DNA of 61,649 nt, the filler included, from Choristocarpus tenellus KU-1152 (lineage: Eukaryota > Protista > Phaeophyceae): NCBI GenBank assembly GCA_964200185.2. It is 10 parts of 10 records of this genome, joined end to end, with 100 filler letters (N's around TTAATTAATTAA, not from the genome) between each part and the next. Parts side by side here need not be neighbours in the genome. Positions count along the whole stretch, not along the records: positions 1 to 4,871 come from CAXNAD020012713.1; positions 4,972 to 14,128 come from CAXNAD020003933.1; 8 more parts are not named here. One strand, given 5' to 3'. The notes under the pieces were generated by a model. That model was not told the DNA's origin and did no database searches. It worked only from the letters and a program-made list of their open reading frames with translations. The position numbers were made by a program, and so were the translations under genes. Below, piece after piece: positions 1-11,200 of the stretch. Every line of letters starts with the position of its first letter. Position 1 is the stretch's first letter.

Positions 1-1
1 G

Positions 2-1354
2 CTTCAGTACTGCAACATGCTTAAGTATCAAGCCCCATACCAGTCCCACCTCTTGCCTCTCGGCATGTCTTCCCTGGGTACCCAGGGCCTTATCATGCCC
101 CCCCCAATGGGCAATCGCCGTCGGCAACCCTTTCGTGGTTCTACAGTGTTGCTCTTCCTACCTGAGTCTCAGAATCAGCAGCCTCAGCACCAACATCGAA
201 GCTCGGGATCCTGGCGTCCACACTGGCCCAGCATCATGAGGGCAGCTGGCGCAACAGTTGAAATTGCAGGGCAGGCAGGGGACCGACCCGCAAGGACGCT
301 CGAGCAACGCCTGGAGGCGGGGGAGTTTGCCTTCTTCATTGGACCGCAGACTGAAGATCGCCTTGCGGATCAGAATTTGAACACAACTAATGCCAACGCT
401 GAGAGGGCTGGAGGATTTCCAAGCAAGGCTGGGATGGACAAGCGGGTGGTCCCTGTTGTTGGAGTAGGTGGAAGTGGCAGAGGCGATAGCGATAGCGATA
501 GCGATAGCGATAGCGATAGCGAGCTCGTTTTGGACGGCTTGGTTGCTGCGGCTGGGCGTGCAGGGGTGGTTGCCGGGACCCAGGAGTGGGCGGCGCAGTG
601 CCTGGTCCATGGAAGGATTCTCACTCCCAACTCCTCCACATGCGAGTGGTTTCCTCTTCGTGGGGTGGGCATGGATGCCAGCGCGAGTGCTATCGGAGAA
701 CGGGAAAAGAATGGGAATGCCGATACGGGAGTGCGGGGTAGGGGTAGGGTTAGGGGTAGGGGTAGGGGTAGGGTTAGGGTTAGGGTTAGGGTGGATGGAG
801 ACGGTTCGAAAGTAGCGAGCGAAGGTACCTTTTTCGTGTACAGGACAAGGGGGTCGGTGGGGAGGAGGTACGTTGCCGGAGACTATGTGCGTCTTCCTAG
901 CGGGACGACTGAGACTGGGGCTGGGTCCGGCAGCGTTGATTCCCGTGTGGGGCAGATTGAATCATTTACATGGACGACGGAAGTTGAGGGATCCGAGGTG
1001 GGGGCTATTGTCAGACTGATGGAGGCGGTAAGCGCTCGGTTGCTACGTGCAACGGACGAGGTGTTGACTGTTTCGGCGGAGGGTCTTGGGCCGCGTGTCT
1101 TGGTTATGGAAAAGGAGGTCCTGGCCAGTGTGTCCTATGGCATCACCGACACGGACACTGCTGAAGGAGCAGTCTCAGTCTTTGGTCTGGAGATGATGCC
1201 ACGAGAAGTACAGAAGGAAGCCGTGGGAGGGAGCCTCATGGAGGAGGGGCGAATTGGGACGACTTGGAGCGATGGGGGGGGAGGTCGTGGCTCTCGAGGG
1301 CGCAAGACCAGAAGAACGACGCACCGTCCGTGCATCAGGAGCCGGATAGTGTAA
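2..1354 (+). CDS. 3' exon of a 53BP1/Rad9/Crb2-like tandem-BRCT protein with a C-terminal BAH-like extension (5'-partial)
   Basis: Frame is open from the window edge to TAA at 1354. Motifs HLLPLGMS, PFRGSTVLL, WPSIMRAAGA and TQEWAAQCLVHG parallel the 53BP1 BRCT linker/BRCT2 as recalled (YLLPAGYS, PFQNLKVLL, WSEILMTGGA, SQEWVIQCLIVG). These are followed by RRYVAGDYVRL...VGQIESF, which is BAH-like. Confidence 0.75.
   Translation, partial: LQYCNMLKYQAPYQSHLLPLGMSSLGTQGLIMPPPMGNRRRQPFRGSTVLLFLPESQNQQPQHQHRSSGSWRPHWPSIMRAAGATVEIAGQAGDRPARTLEQRLEAGEFAFFIGPQTEDRLADQNLNTTNANAERAGGFPSKAGMDKRVVPVVGVGGSGRGDSDSDSDSDSDSELVLDGLVAAAGRAGVVAGTQEWAAQCLVHGRILTPNSSTCEWFPLRGVGMDASASAIGEREKNGNADTGVRGRGRVRGRGRGRVRVRVRVDGDGSKVASEGTFFVYRTRGSVGRRYVAGDYVRLPSGTTETGAGSGSVDSRVGQIESFTWTTEVEGSEVGAIVRLMEAVSARLLRATDEVLTVSAEGLGPRVLVMEKEVLASVSYGITDTDTAEGAVSVFGLEMMPREVQKEAVGGSLMEEGRIGTTWSDGGGGRGSRGRKTRRTTHRPCIRSRIV
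484..520 (+). repeat. (GATAGC)n microsatellite inside CDS, encoding DS repeats
   Basis: Perfect hexamer run, read directly. Confidence 0.95.
735..791 (+). repeat. Telomere-like (GGGGTA/GGGTTA)n tract inside CDS, encoding GRGRVRVR
   Basis: ggggtaggggtagggttaggggt...gggttagggttagggttaggg. Confidence 0.9.
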
Positions 1355-1379
1355 CTGTCGCCCGAAACAAGCTACCACG

Positions 1380-1406
1380 TAACCCTAACCCTAACCCTAA
1401 CCCTAA
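1380..1406. repeat. Interstitial (TAACCC)4 telomeric repeat just after the stop codon
   Basis: taaccctaaccctaaccctaaccctaa. Confidence 0.9.
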
Positions 1407-2484
1407 TCCAAAAGCGTATGAGATTGCGAGAGGAAGATCGTAAGTTTCATGATGGACATCTTTTTCACCGCGTGTAGTTCTACTTGCAGCTAGCTTGTCA
1501 TGGAAAATGAAAATATGTGTGGTCTTGTGGGCGAGGAGGCTCCTCTGTTGTTTTGGACCTACGAGGCCGAGAGTCTTCGGGGGGTGTCATTGTCTGATGT
1601 GGTGGTGACAACTGTGGAGGGATAGAATCCTTCCCCAGGCGTTTCGATGTGGTGGATGTCATTGTCTGTTGTTCTTTTTTTTGTTGGTGTTGGCGTTTTG
1701 CGTGACCTTTTTTTTTTTGCTTGGCGATGTGAGGAGGCGACGTGAGGAGGCGACGTGAAGTAAGCGAGAGGTACCTAGGTAGAGGATTTTTAGGACATTG
1801 ATAGTCCGTATAAAATTTGTCTTATTGTACAAACGTTTGTAGGGTATTTTCTCCATTTCTGTCGAAAATTTTCAAACGATGGAGATATCAATCAACACTA
1901 TCAAGTCAATCTCAGTACCTCTCATCCATGAAGGTGTTAATAATTGCAGAAGATTATAAAGATGAAGTACAAGACGACCAAAACCTGAGTACCTCTCTCA
2001 TATATTATGGTACGGGTCACTAGAGAGAGATCTCTGCCATTTTTGTGGGCCTCTCTTAACGGTAAGTAAGAGTGTCCGAACACTTCGCTTGACGGACTAC
2101 CCGAGAAGAGAGCGCTTGTGGCTTGGATCACTGCCAGTAAACCCACAAACGAAAACTTGTGGTGGTACAGCAGGAAGATACGCAGAGAATTGCCTGAGTT
2201 TTTTCAGAATAGGAACACGTTTTTTGTTGACCATTTGGCATGTAGAACAACCTTCATCACATGGACTCTGATGCTCCAGTCTCTGCAAAAACAGATCGGG
2301 GCAGGTGCACTAGGACAGTGACACAGTGTGTGTTCCACATCGGGCCTTAAGACGACAACAGATCATACGCATGGACACGACACGGCATGAGATTAGGTCT
2401 CATTTCAACAAACTCACCTCCAGTGATATGATAAACTACATCATGTGATATGATAAGAACACTCCATTTCAGTTCGGTCTCATA

Positions 2485-2666
2485 GACCCAAAGTATCTGG
2501 GGGGGGGGGGTCTACACCAGGGTGTCCATTTTGGGTCAAAATCAAGAAAAGTGCATTTACATTATCCATCCAACGTGTGCAACCATATCACCCAAAAGTC
2601 GCAACATGAAAAAATTGCCCCCAAATAGACAGCCGCCACCTTCCCTCCCCCCAGATAATTTGAGCC
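2485..2666. mobile_element. MITE family A (~180 bp; TIR G(G/A)C(T/C)CAAAGTATCTGGGGG), full copy
   Basis: Begins gacccaaagtatctggggg and ends ccccagataatttgagcc. The interior is the reverse complement of the copy at 36888-37068. Confidence 0.85.
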
Positions 2667-2724
2667 CGAACTCAATGATAAAAAAAAAAGTCAATTTACA
2701 GGAAATTTCGAGGATGTTGACAAA

Positions 2725-2930
2725 TATGCGCAAAATTCGACTTTAAAAAAAATATGCGTACAGAAATGTTTTGGAATGAGTCGACAAAGTTTCAAATAAT
2801 AGAGAAATCAATGCTCTCAAGGGAAATTTAGAACTTCATCATTAGAAAATATGGGTGAATTATCAGAGATTGAAAACCAGCTTAAAATGCAAAACAGTGA
2901 AAACCTGGGTACCTCTTGTTCACTTTGACT
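2725..2930. mobile_element. Dispersed repeat family C (putative MITE ending ...ACTTTGACTC)
   Basis: Homologous to 3865-4071 (gcaaaattcgacttt...gagaaatcaatgctctcaagggaaa...ctgggta...actttgactc) and, in reverse orientation, to ~20921-21140. Confidence 0.7.
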
Positions 2931-3123
2931 CACTTTGGGCTTCAATGATCGACTATGGGCTCAAAAAATCTCGTGCTGTATATAATATTTTACAAATATC
3001 ATTGCTTTCAAAAATCATACTTCGAACTATTGCCAGTGGTACTTGGAGTAGAATAAAAAGGTATATACACAGTTTTCAACAGAATGCAAAGATTTTTTAA
3101 GTGGTACACTTATATGATATTTT

Positions 3124-3204
3124 GACACAAAGTATCTGGGGGGGTGGGTTTTAAAAAATTGACCCCAAATGGACAGTCGCCACCCCCCCCAGATGCTTTG
3201 AGCC
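3124..3204. mobile_element. MITE family A, internally deleted copy with TTTT target-site duplication
   Basis: tttt|gacacaaagtatctgggggg...ccccagatgctttgagcc|tttt. Confidence 0.8.
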
Positions 3205-3810
3205 TTTTGAAAAGTTAAGAGTTTATAATAATGTATGAAATCTCATCTAGCTTCGCAACATATTTTCCTCAAGGTGGTCACACTTACATGCTGTTTAGAG
3301 TTCTTACTCTGAATCCATGAGTGAGACAGGCGTGACTCCTTGGCAGGTCGCTTAGGACGATGATATTGATAAATACTTGTTGGCATCACAATGAGAGATC
3401 AATTATGTTTCAGATGGTTCCCTTAATTGATTGCCATCCACGCAATAATAGCGAATATAATTATTGGTGATACCTCTTCCTTTACATGATTATTGCTGCT
3501 CCAGAGTGTGTCTGTTGACACAGAGTTACATAATAACGTGTGTACTAACAATACATCATGGGCGGTATGACTTTGCAAAAAGACGAAATATTGTGCACAA
3601 TAGATCCACCGATTTAACTCAGTCCTACGTATATGTATTATCGTATATATTGGTATCCTGTTCTTGACAAAACCAGATGTGACGGGAGCTAGTTACCAAA
3701 TACTACCTCAAGTTGATTAGAACAAAATGTATCATTATATATATATATGGGTGTGAGTTTACACATTCTGGAAGAGAGAGCATTTCTTCAGTGGTACTTC
3801 AAAATGTCTT

Positions 3811-4071
3811 GACCCAAAATGAAGAGGTACACAGAGTTACATTGTAAGGACGGTGAGAAAGAGGTGCAAAATTCGACTTTTTTTAGAAAAATGGGCGTAG
3901 GACATTTTCTGATTCTGTTGAAAAAAGTTTCGAACAAGAGAGAAATCAATGCTCTCAAGGGAAACTTAGCAATTCATCCATATTTCTATGGATGAATTGC
4001 CGGAGATTGAACAGCTAGGTAAAAATGTGAAACAGTCAAAAACTGGGTAAACCTCTCGTTTACTTTGACTC
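3811..4071. mobile_element. Dispersed repeat family C copy with imperfect TIRs
   Basis: gacccaaaatgaagaggtacacag ... ctgggtaaacctctcgtttactttgactc; homologous to 2725-2930. Confidence 0.65.
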
Positions 4072-4749
4072 TTGTTGAGAAGAAAATCCATCAATGAAAG
4101 GACTCAAATCAAGCCACTATTAATACTTGTTTATTCATAGGCAACTATGCCCCACTATCCCCCCCCCCCTCCCTTAGATCAACCAATACTACAAATCAAG
4201 CAACTACTAACATTATTATGGACATGGGCAACTACGACCCCACCTGCTTAAATCAAGTAGTACTAATTGGAATTTTTAGTTGCCGTGTTCTACTGTTGCC
4301 TGCTATAACTGATGCTGCAGCTTGATCCTAGCCCAAGAACGCAGCAAAACACCCAATAGAACTTGAGTATGTATTACAATGCAATAGTGAGAAGGCATGA
4401 TGACATGATTTTCTCAGTCTTACTCTCTCCTACAATTGGTGATGAAGTGGCCCGAATGAACCCAATACCCCAACCAATGATACTAGGGTAATAAGGCAAG
4501 GATATATCACGTTTAGCCAACCTATTCCTTCAGAAGTGACAAGGTATACTTCTTCCAGCAATACAAAAGCACCAAAATTGTTGATATATCTATTTCCATC
4601 CTCTCCTCATCGTATTTCCCAATAGTGGTCTCTTTATGTATAGATTACAGCTGCTGTTGGCCAAACCCCGTCCTAGAATACAGCAACCACTATACAGCTG
4701 GTGCTATTGTTCAAACACACTGTGTAAGTCAGAATTGAAACCCCTCAGT

Positions 4750-4860
4750 GGCTCAAAGTATCTGGGGCGGGGCGGGGCGGGGGGGGGGGGGGGGGGGGGG
4801 GTCACACCCGGGGTTTCTTTCGGGCCCTGACCAAAAAAAGGGCAATTTCTTTTTCCATCC
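4750..4860. mobile_element. MITE family A, partial at contig end
   Basis: ggctcaaagtatctgggg followed by poly-G. Another partial copy lies at 4972-5065 across the spacer. Confidence 0.75.
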
Positions 4861-4871
4861 AAAAAAAAAAA

Positions 4872-4971
4872 NNNNNNNNNNNNNNNNNNNNNNNNNNNNN
4901 NNNNNNNNNNNNNNNTTAATTAATTAANNNNNNNNNNNNNNNNNNNNNNNNNNNNNNNNNNNNNNNNNNNN
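4872..4971. other. Artificial contig spacer (44N-TTAATTAATTAA-44N). Identical spacers at 14129-14228, 21301-21400, 33390-33489, 37790-37889, 43473-43572, 50653-50752, 54833-54932 and 57955-58054
   Basis: Nine identical 100-bp blocks. The 12-mer places stop codons in all six frames. Confidence 0.98.
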
Positions 4972-5394
4972 GATGAATAATTTTAATGCACTTTTCCTGT
5001 TTTTTCCCCAAAAAGGACCCCCTCGTGTTGCCCCCCCCCCCCCCCCCCCCAAGATACTTTGGTTCTGTATCAGTCACAGTTCCCATGCTCCTAGGAAGGA
5101 TGCAGACTTGTACATATAGTCGTCATATTCTCAAAGCATGTCCTGAATGATGACGGCATTCCTCACATCCTGAAAGTAGGTAATAATGTGATCATAGTGG
5201 TATTAATAGCATGCAACATGTGAAAGGGGAGGAGGAGGAGGAGTCCTACATAATAGTTGATACAATCTGAGGCGAGCAATACTTGAATCGACGTATTGAT
5301 AACAATCTCTGCAAATACGACACTTCATCGTTCGGTAATATAGGTGACTTTTTTTAGTCCAGTGTATACCACACCGTCACTGTTGCTAATAATA

Positions 5395-5700
5395 GTTTCA
5401 ACCTCAACACCTTCGCAGTGGAAAGTTTTGGGCGGCTCAGTAAGCAAGCAGAAAGTTTTCTGGACGAATTGGCTACGCACTTGGTAGGGGGGAGAGGGGA
5501 AGTATGCTACGCTAGGAAAGGAGCTCTCAAATCCCGTTAACGACTAATAGTGTCTATCACAACACAAGTGGCTCTATCAAGGCACGTCATGGGTTTTAAG
5601 CTGAAGACATCAGGGAGATGGGCAAGGAGGGGCCTGTCAGATTCTTGGGATGGTTCCCTAGGTCCTCGCCCTGTGGTGTAGGTCTAAGTTAGGTTGGAGG
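5395..5700 (+). mobile_element. 3' remnant of a CRE-like (restriction-like endonuclease) non-LTR retrotransposon
   Basis: Translates FNLNTFAVESFGRLSKQAESFLDELATHLVGG...ARKGALKSR*RLIVSITTQVALSRHVMGFKL, typical of the RLE C-terminus. A second copy is on the minus strand at 57370-57687. Confidence 0.75.
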
Positions 5701-5899
5701 CATAGCAGGGAAGTGGTGTAGCATAGGTGGTAGGCAAATAGTATAGATTTTAGAGAGAAATCTTTCACATTTACTACAGCTGTTACCTTTACAGGGGTTC
5801 TTTTGATATTGAATGGTTTTTCACGTGATACATCTCCAATAATTCAAGAAAATAATGTCTCAAAAACATAATTTGACTTTAATTTTCTCGAGTCACTCC

Positions 5900-6647
5900 A
5901 CTGTCACACTCCGTCAAACGGATAGGTGTTTTTGACTAAAGTGGTACCTGTAGCTTCGCCCTCTGTGGCAATCTTGAATGGTTTCACCATGCACACACCA
6001 AAGATATAAAACAATATATATATATATCAAATGAAAGGGTATGACACGAGCTTTTGAAGGTTGTAGTGGATTTTGTATAAGCTTCGGGGAACGGGAGCTA
6101 TGTCCCAATCAAATAATTAAAAAATCGCGAGGGAATATCTCCAGCGCAAATTTGAAGGTCACGACTTCAAAATATACAAAAATTAAGTGGTTGAAGTGAA
6201 AGCATTTTAGAGGCTACGAGTTTTTCCCTGTTTGTCCATTTGGGCCTTGGCTTCCCATGGATTTTAATGGCATTTTACCTAATCCAAAATGATTTGGAGA
6301 GGTAAAATATGTACATTATGAAAAGGTGTGTCCGGAACAAGGATATTCACACTTCCTAACAAACATGATAGCCAAAATCACATCAAAATACCAACATTGG
6401 ATATTGACCCCCAAATGGACACGGCCCTACCCTCTAAGATACTTCGACTCTTGGCTGAACTCCTTGCGGAAAACTGGTCCAGAGTAGCTCCCTGTCCAAG
6501 TTTGACTGGTGAGATGTTCCCGAATTTTTTTTCAAGATTTCCGGACATTTTTTTAACGCCTTTTGCAAACTTTCTATGAGGATACACACACGTGACTTAC
6601 ACAGCAACACGAACCACGGCGGTGAGACAAGGAGAGCCGCCGAGGCC
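5900..6647. mobile_element. Dispersed repeat family D (probable DNA-transposon end), interrupted by a family B MITE
   Basis: Colinear with 14400-14905 (tatcaaatgaaag...ttttgaaggttg...ttggctgaactccttgc...gagccgccgaggc). Confidence 0.75.
6194..6450. mobile_element. MITE family B (~257 bp; TIR ~GAG(C/T)(C/G)AAAGTATCTTAGAGGGTA) nested in family D
   Basis: Absent from the homologous empty site near 14697-14703. Flanked by ttg...ttg and ends taccctctaagatacttcgactc. Confidence 0.85.
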
Positions 6648-6649
6648 AC

Positions 6650-7950
6650 TCTGCCCCCTGGATCTACCCTCGGCACGTTCTCTGTCGAGAGGCCTAGGAA
6701 AAGCAAGTACTGTGTGACATTCAATGCGATGTTAGGTGATGATAAAGTGTGAGTAATGTGGCGCAGCAGCATAATCAAATTGCAAAATGGACCGCGACAC
6801 TGATGCTGAGAGAAGATGCATTGAAAGCATTGCCACACAAACGTGGTTGGGTCTTCAACCACGTCAGATCACTGCTCTCTGCAGTCTCTGCCACCTCAGG
6901 AAAGCAGGAAGAGAGCGGCGAGTCCATCACCAGGTGGTACAGTGACAAAGTCTGTGGGGAAGCCTGGTCACAGCGGGCGAAGGAAATATAGTGGCCGCCC
7001 AAAGGGAAGGTTGGGGAAGAGAGCAGTGCGACTGCGTGCCATTGCGCTCAGGAAACGCCTAAGCAAAAACCCGGGTGTAGAATATCTTAGTAGTTGACAG
7101 TTGCACCAGGCCCTGGTTGTCTGGAAGCTGTGCGAGCCATAGTGGCTTAAGGAAATCAGAAATAAGGTATTAGGGTTGGGCTACAAGGGCTCTGAAGCCC
7201 GAAAGAAAGTTGAAAGGGCTCGCAAGGGGGAGGAGAAAGTCATCATAACAAAGGCAGCTGTGGAGACCTTTCGATACCACCAAATCCTTTACTTCAAAGA
7301 GGTCGTGAAGCAGGTGGAAGTAGCCATCGACAAGGACGCCAGGGAAGAAGAGGAGGTGAGATTGAGACCATTTGCACACCAATGGTTTGGTGTCTCCCAC
7401 TTCTTGCAAGATGCCGTGCATTCACTTTTGTTCCTGACTTGGGGTTGGACGTATAAAGTTGATTAATGCTTTCTCCCAGGCTGCATTCATTCAACATATC
7501 AACACAACTTTCGATTAACTCAAGCCTGTCCTCCCTCGCCCTTGCGCCTTGATGAAAAGAAATATCACCCGTCCAGGAAAAGCGGACAATGCTCATTTCC
7601 GGCGCTCAACAAGGAAATATGAGAGTTGAGGCTCTAACACTGCGAATCCTGTACTTGTGTGTGTATGAACGACGGGAAAGACCGTCAAACGGCGCTCGAG
7701 ATGGCAGCAGGATATGCGATGGTCAGGCCGGAAACTGTAAGTACATGGGAGAGAGACTTCCTAAGGGCCACATCAAGGTGTTGGTGCAAGGGCGCTATGA
7801 GAGGTGTTTCGTTCTGGGCGTCGACGAGAACAGTCAAAGAGTGGGTGCGCGAACACACAGGAAGAAAAGGGGGGGCTTTTTTCTTGGCTAAACTCTCTAC
7901 TTCAATCAAATAATAGTGCATCTGAGCCACTCTTGGTGACCTACGATCCG
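6650..7950 (+). pseudogene. Degenerate transposase-like coding remnant
   Basis: Fragmented, frameshifted coding-like ORFs (e.g. TALEMAAGYAMVRPETVSTWERDF...VKEWVREHTGRKG) continuing from repeat family D. No intact catalytic motif is visible. Confidence 0.35.
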
Positions 7951-8279
7951 GTATGAGCAGTCTTTCTTCAAAAAATAAGAAATGGTGAAAATAGAAAATG
8001 AAGCCCGTTCTTTAGAGGACTTTGTGACGGTCATTACGAATATAGTTTTATTTTTTTAATTCGATGTCTATGCCTACTAACCTAGCATCCACCTCAGATT
8101 GTCACATCTACTAACAACTATTGTCAAATTGTGTAAACCACCACTAAATGCTATATGGCGCTACAGGCTCATCCGTAGCGCCACAAGGGGTGTCATTTGA
8201 ATATGAACTTGTTCACCTTCACCCTAAACACCACACTTCCTCTGTGACTGTGTAACTTGTTGTTGGATAACGAGCCCCC

Positions 8280-11200
8280 ATGAATCGAGATAATGCCTTA
8301 CTTCTCTGCGCGGCAGTTGTCCTTCGGACTGCCTTCGCTTTTGTCCCTCCGTCCACCCCAACCTCAATAACAACCCCACCCAGGATCCGTCAATCCAATG
8401 GCTGTCCAAATCGAGAGGGTGTGAAGTCAATAACTCCTCGTCCAGGTGCGGTGGGTGGCGCTGGAAGAAGTATAATGGAAGGCCGACGAAGAAATATGCA
8501 GTTGAATAGCACTGGGAGCGACGATGATGAGGCCGAGGCGTTGGAGAGACTCAGGCAGGAGAAGCTGACCGAGTGGAGACGCATGATTTCGAGTGGACAG
8601 GTTCGTGCGGCAAGGAAGTCGAACTTAGGGCAATGACTGTCCTTTTTTAAAGAAGGGTACATGTAAGATCTCAATGCCGAGGTTGCTATGTGTTTGATGA
8701 GGAATATCTGTCGAGTCGACCGCCTCGTGCCAGGTATCTTTTTGAAGGTCGTATCACATAATGGAGCTCCTAAGATGGTAATTGCCCTAGAGAAATGAAT
8801 TGATCGTATCACCATTAAGCTTGCTTTGGAGATTCCATCCGTCCCTGATGATACCTTAATTGTTGCACTTCTCCGCACGATAATGTCAATTCGAGGGACC
8901 ACATTGCCATTCAACTTTGGTTCGGTCAAGCTTTCCTTTTCCTTATATATATCAATGCCCTACCTCCCCCCTGATGCTCCGCTCTTCTGTCAAGATGGCA
9001 GAAGAAGTCCAAAGGGCGTTGGACGACGATGTGACTCTACAAGAGGTCGAGGAGGAGGAGGATGCAAGCTTCGTCTCGAGAAGAGGGAAGAGGAAGGCCC
9101 GTTCGAAGGTCAGTTGGAGGAAGGTTGCGGTGTGAGAAACACTGTTCACAGAAGAGGAATATGACGGAGCTCTTACACAGTGATGAGCTGCATGCCAATA
9201 TGTGTAGGAGTCTCTACCTTTGAGTATTCTGTTCGGTCGAAAGGGAGGAAGCGTACAGGACCAAGTATCCACTAGGCGGATGACTTCACTTGCCAGTTCA
9301 GACACTCTGTTCTGTCTCAGGTTGCCACGAACTATGAACATTAATTATTATTTTGGACCTTATTTTCACACTCACCACTACGACTGAGGTCACATATGCA
9401 CTCCCAATTACTTACACAGGGCAGGGTCACAGCCGATGTAGTGATGCGTACACCCCCAAACACCACCTAATCTGCTCCACCCACCTATTCATCCCCGTGC
9501 CTGCTCAACTGCCCACCTCACCCATGCAATCACTCGGTGCCCTTGATACCACCCTACTTCCAGGGAACAAAAGGTCTAATCACAGATGCAGATGTGATGC
9601 CTCCTAAGCCCAAACCCCCTAAACCCCTTCCGGATTGGAGAGACGTTCAGTTGATCCCGGGGGACGAGCTGCATGAGTTTGAGGACAAGGACTTAGTGAA
9701 GAAGAATTCCAAGCAAAAGGCTACCAGCTCTGAGGAGAAAACGCCCAATGGTAACAGGTGGTGTGGTGTGAGGGGTTGTGAGCTTTGAAGTTGCTTGTTC
9801 TGTGTGTTAAATATGACATGGTGGGGTGATATCAATACGTTGTGCTCCTCAGCATTTTTTGGGGGGGATTAATGCTTTGTTCTGTAAAGTGTGTTGGTTT
9901 CAGAGCTATGCTTTGAGTTGGAAAATTCGTTTTTGGGGTGCATGCATCTGTCTCATTTTTTTATGAGGCTCTTTATGGTGTAGGATCATTGATGTCTTTT
10001 TCTGTGAAATAGTTAATAAGAACTGCCAAAATAGAAAGCTAGTATTTAAAACATATTTTCTGAAGAGAGGGAGGCTTATTCAGTACTATGTTACTACGAA
10101 ATATTCATTAAGGACTTGTAACAGGCGTACAAAATTTTCCTCAAAAATGGAAAGAAGTACAAAATGAACCCAGAATTCCCCCAGAGTCAAAGCTGAGTAC
10201 AGTCTCCATGCCATGTGATTCCAATTCACAAAAAAAGAAAATGGGTTGGGCCTATTGCATCGATATGATCCTATTATTGTGGAGAATCTGATAATCTGTT
10301 TATTTCCGTCAAACCACCATGGCAGGAGGACTGATGACAAGGATTGACATGTTTTTTGCAAGAGGGGTCCCATCCCTCAAACGGATCTGTATTCAGTTGG
10401 TTTTCTATGTTGAATCAGCACACACTGCAATGTATCGACAAGCAGTATGATAGGGATATATGATTATTTTTTTTCAAAGATGCTATTGCACGTAAGATTT
10501 GGAACGTTATTTGCCGTAGTTTTTTTCAACAGTTGTGTCTTCCTTGCAATGGGTTAAATGCAACATTTGAATCGAACCTTCGAGGTTAAGGTTAGGGCTG
10601 ATGAAAAGGGGTAAGGGTTGCATGGAGAAGTGGGAAGTGGGAAGGCTTGGACCCTTCTGTTAGTTTCTTGTGCAGATGAGTCATTGGAGGTCAGGCATAG
10701 GGGTGTGTGACTTTGTGTGCCCGACTCCCATTCAATATTACCACTACTGCGATACCTCAAGATTATTGAATTTTGGATGCACTGCCTTATGGGGTGCCAT
10801 AATTTGTTTTGCAATTTGACTGCGAGCGATTGTACAGCCAGTAAGATTGATGATGATGCATTGACGATGGCAGTTTCAGATTGAAGTCACAGTTTGTGTA
10901 CTGTATAGCAAAACCCATTTATTTTTTGTGCTGCTTGTAAATATATGAGAGGGTGGTGAAAGCCTCCTCCCCCTCCCCCCCCCCCCTCTCCTTTTGTAAT
11001 TTTTGACCTATTTGGTTTGTATCCCCCTTCCACACCACACTGTTTATTGTCTTTTGGTCTGTAGAATTGGCAGCACAACTAGCAGCAGGTGTGGGGTTTT
11101 CTGTTGTGCCAACTAGAGGCTTAGCAGGAGAGGCAGGAGGGCAGGAGGAGGAACAAGAGGGAGAGGAAGAGGGAGAGGGGGCAGTGCAAGCATGCATGAG

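Noticed and set aside
1850-2450. Possible decayed LINE reverse-transcriptase fragment
   Set aside because: Only vague similarity, with no intact motif that can be named.
4916-4927. TTAATTAATTAA as a biological motif or piggyBac TSD, and ORFs ending in XXX-LIN
   Set aside because: Identical linker centred in every 100-bp N block; an assembly/concatenation artefact.
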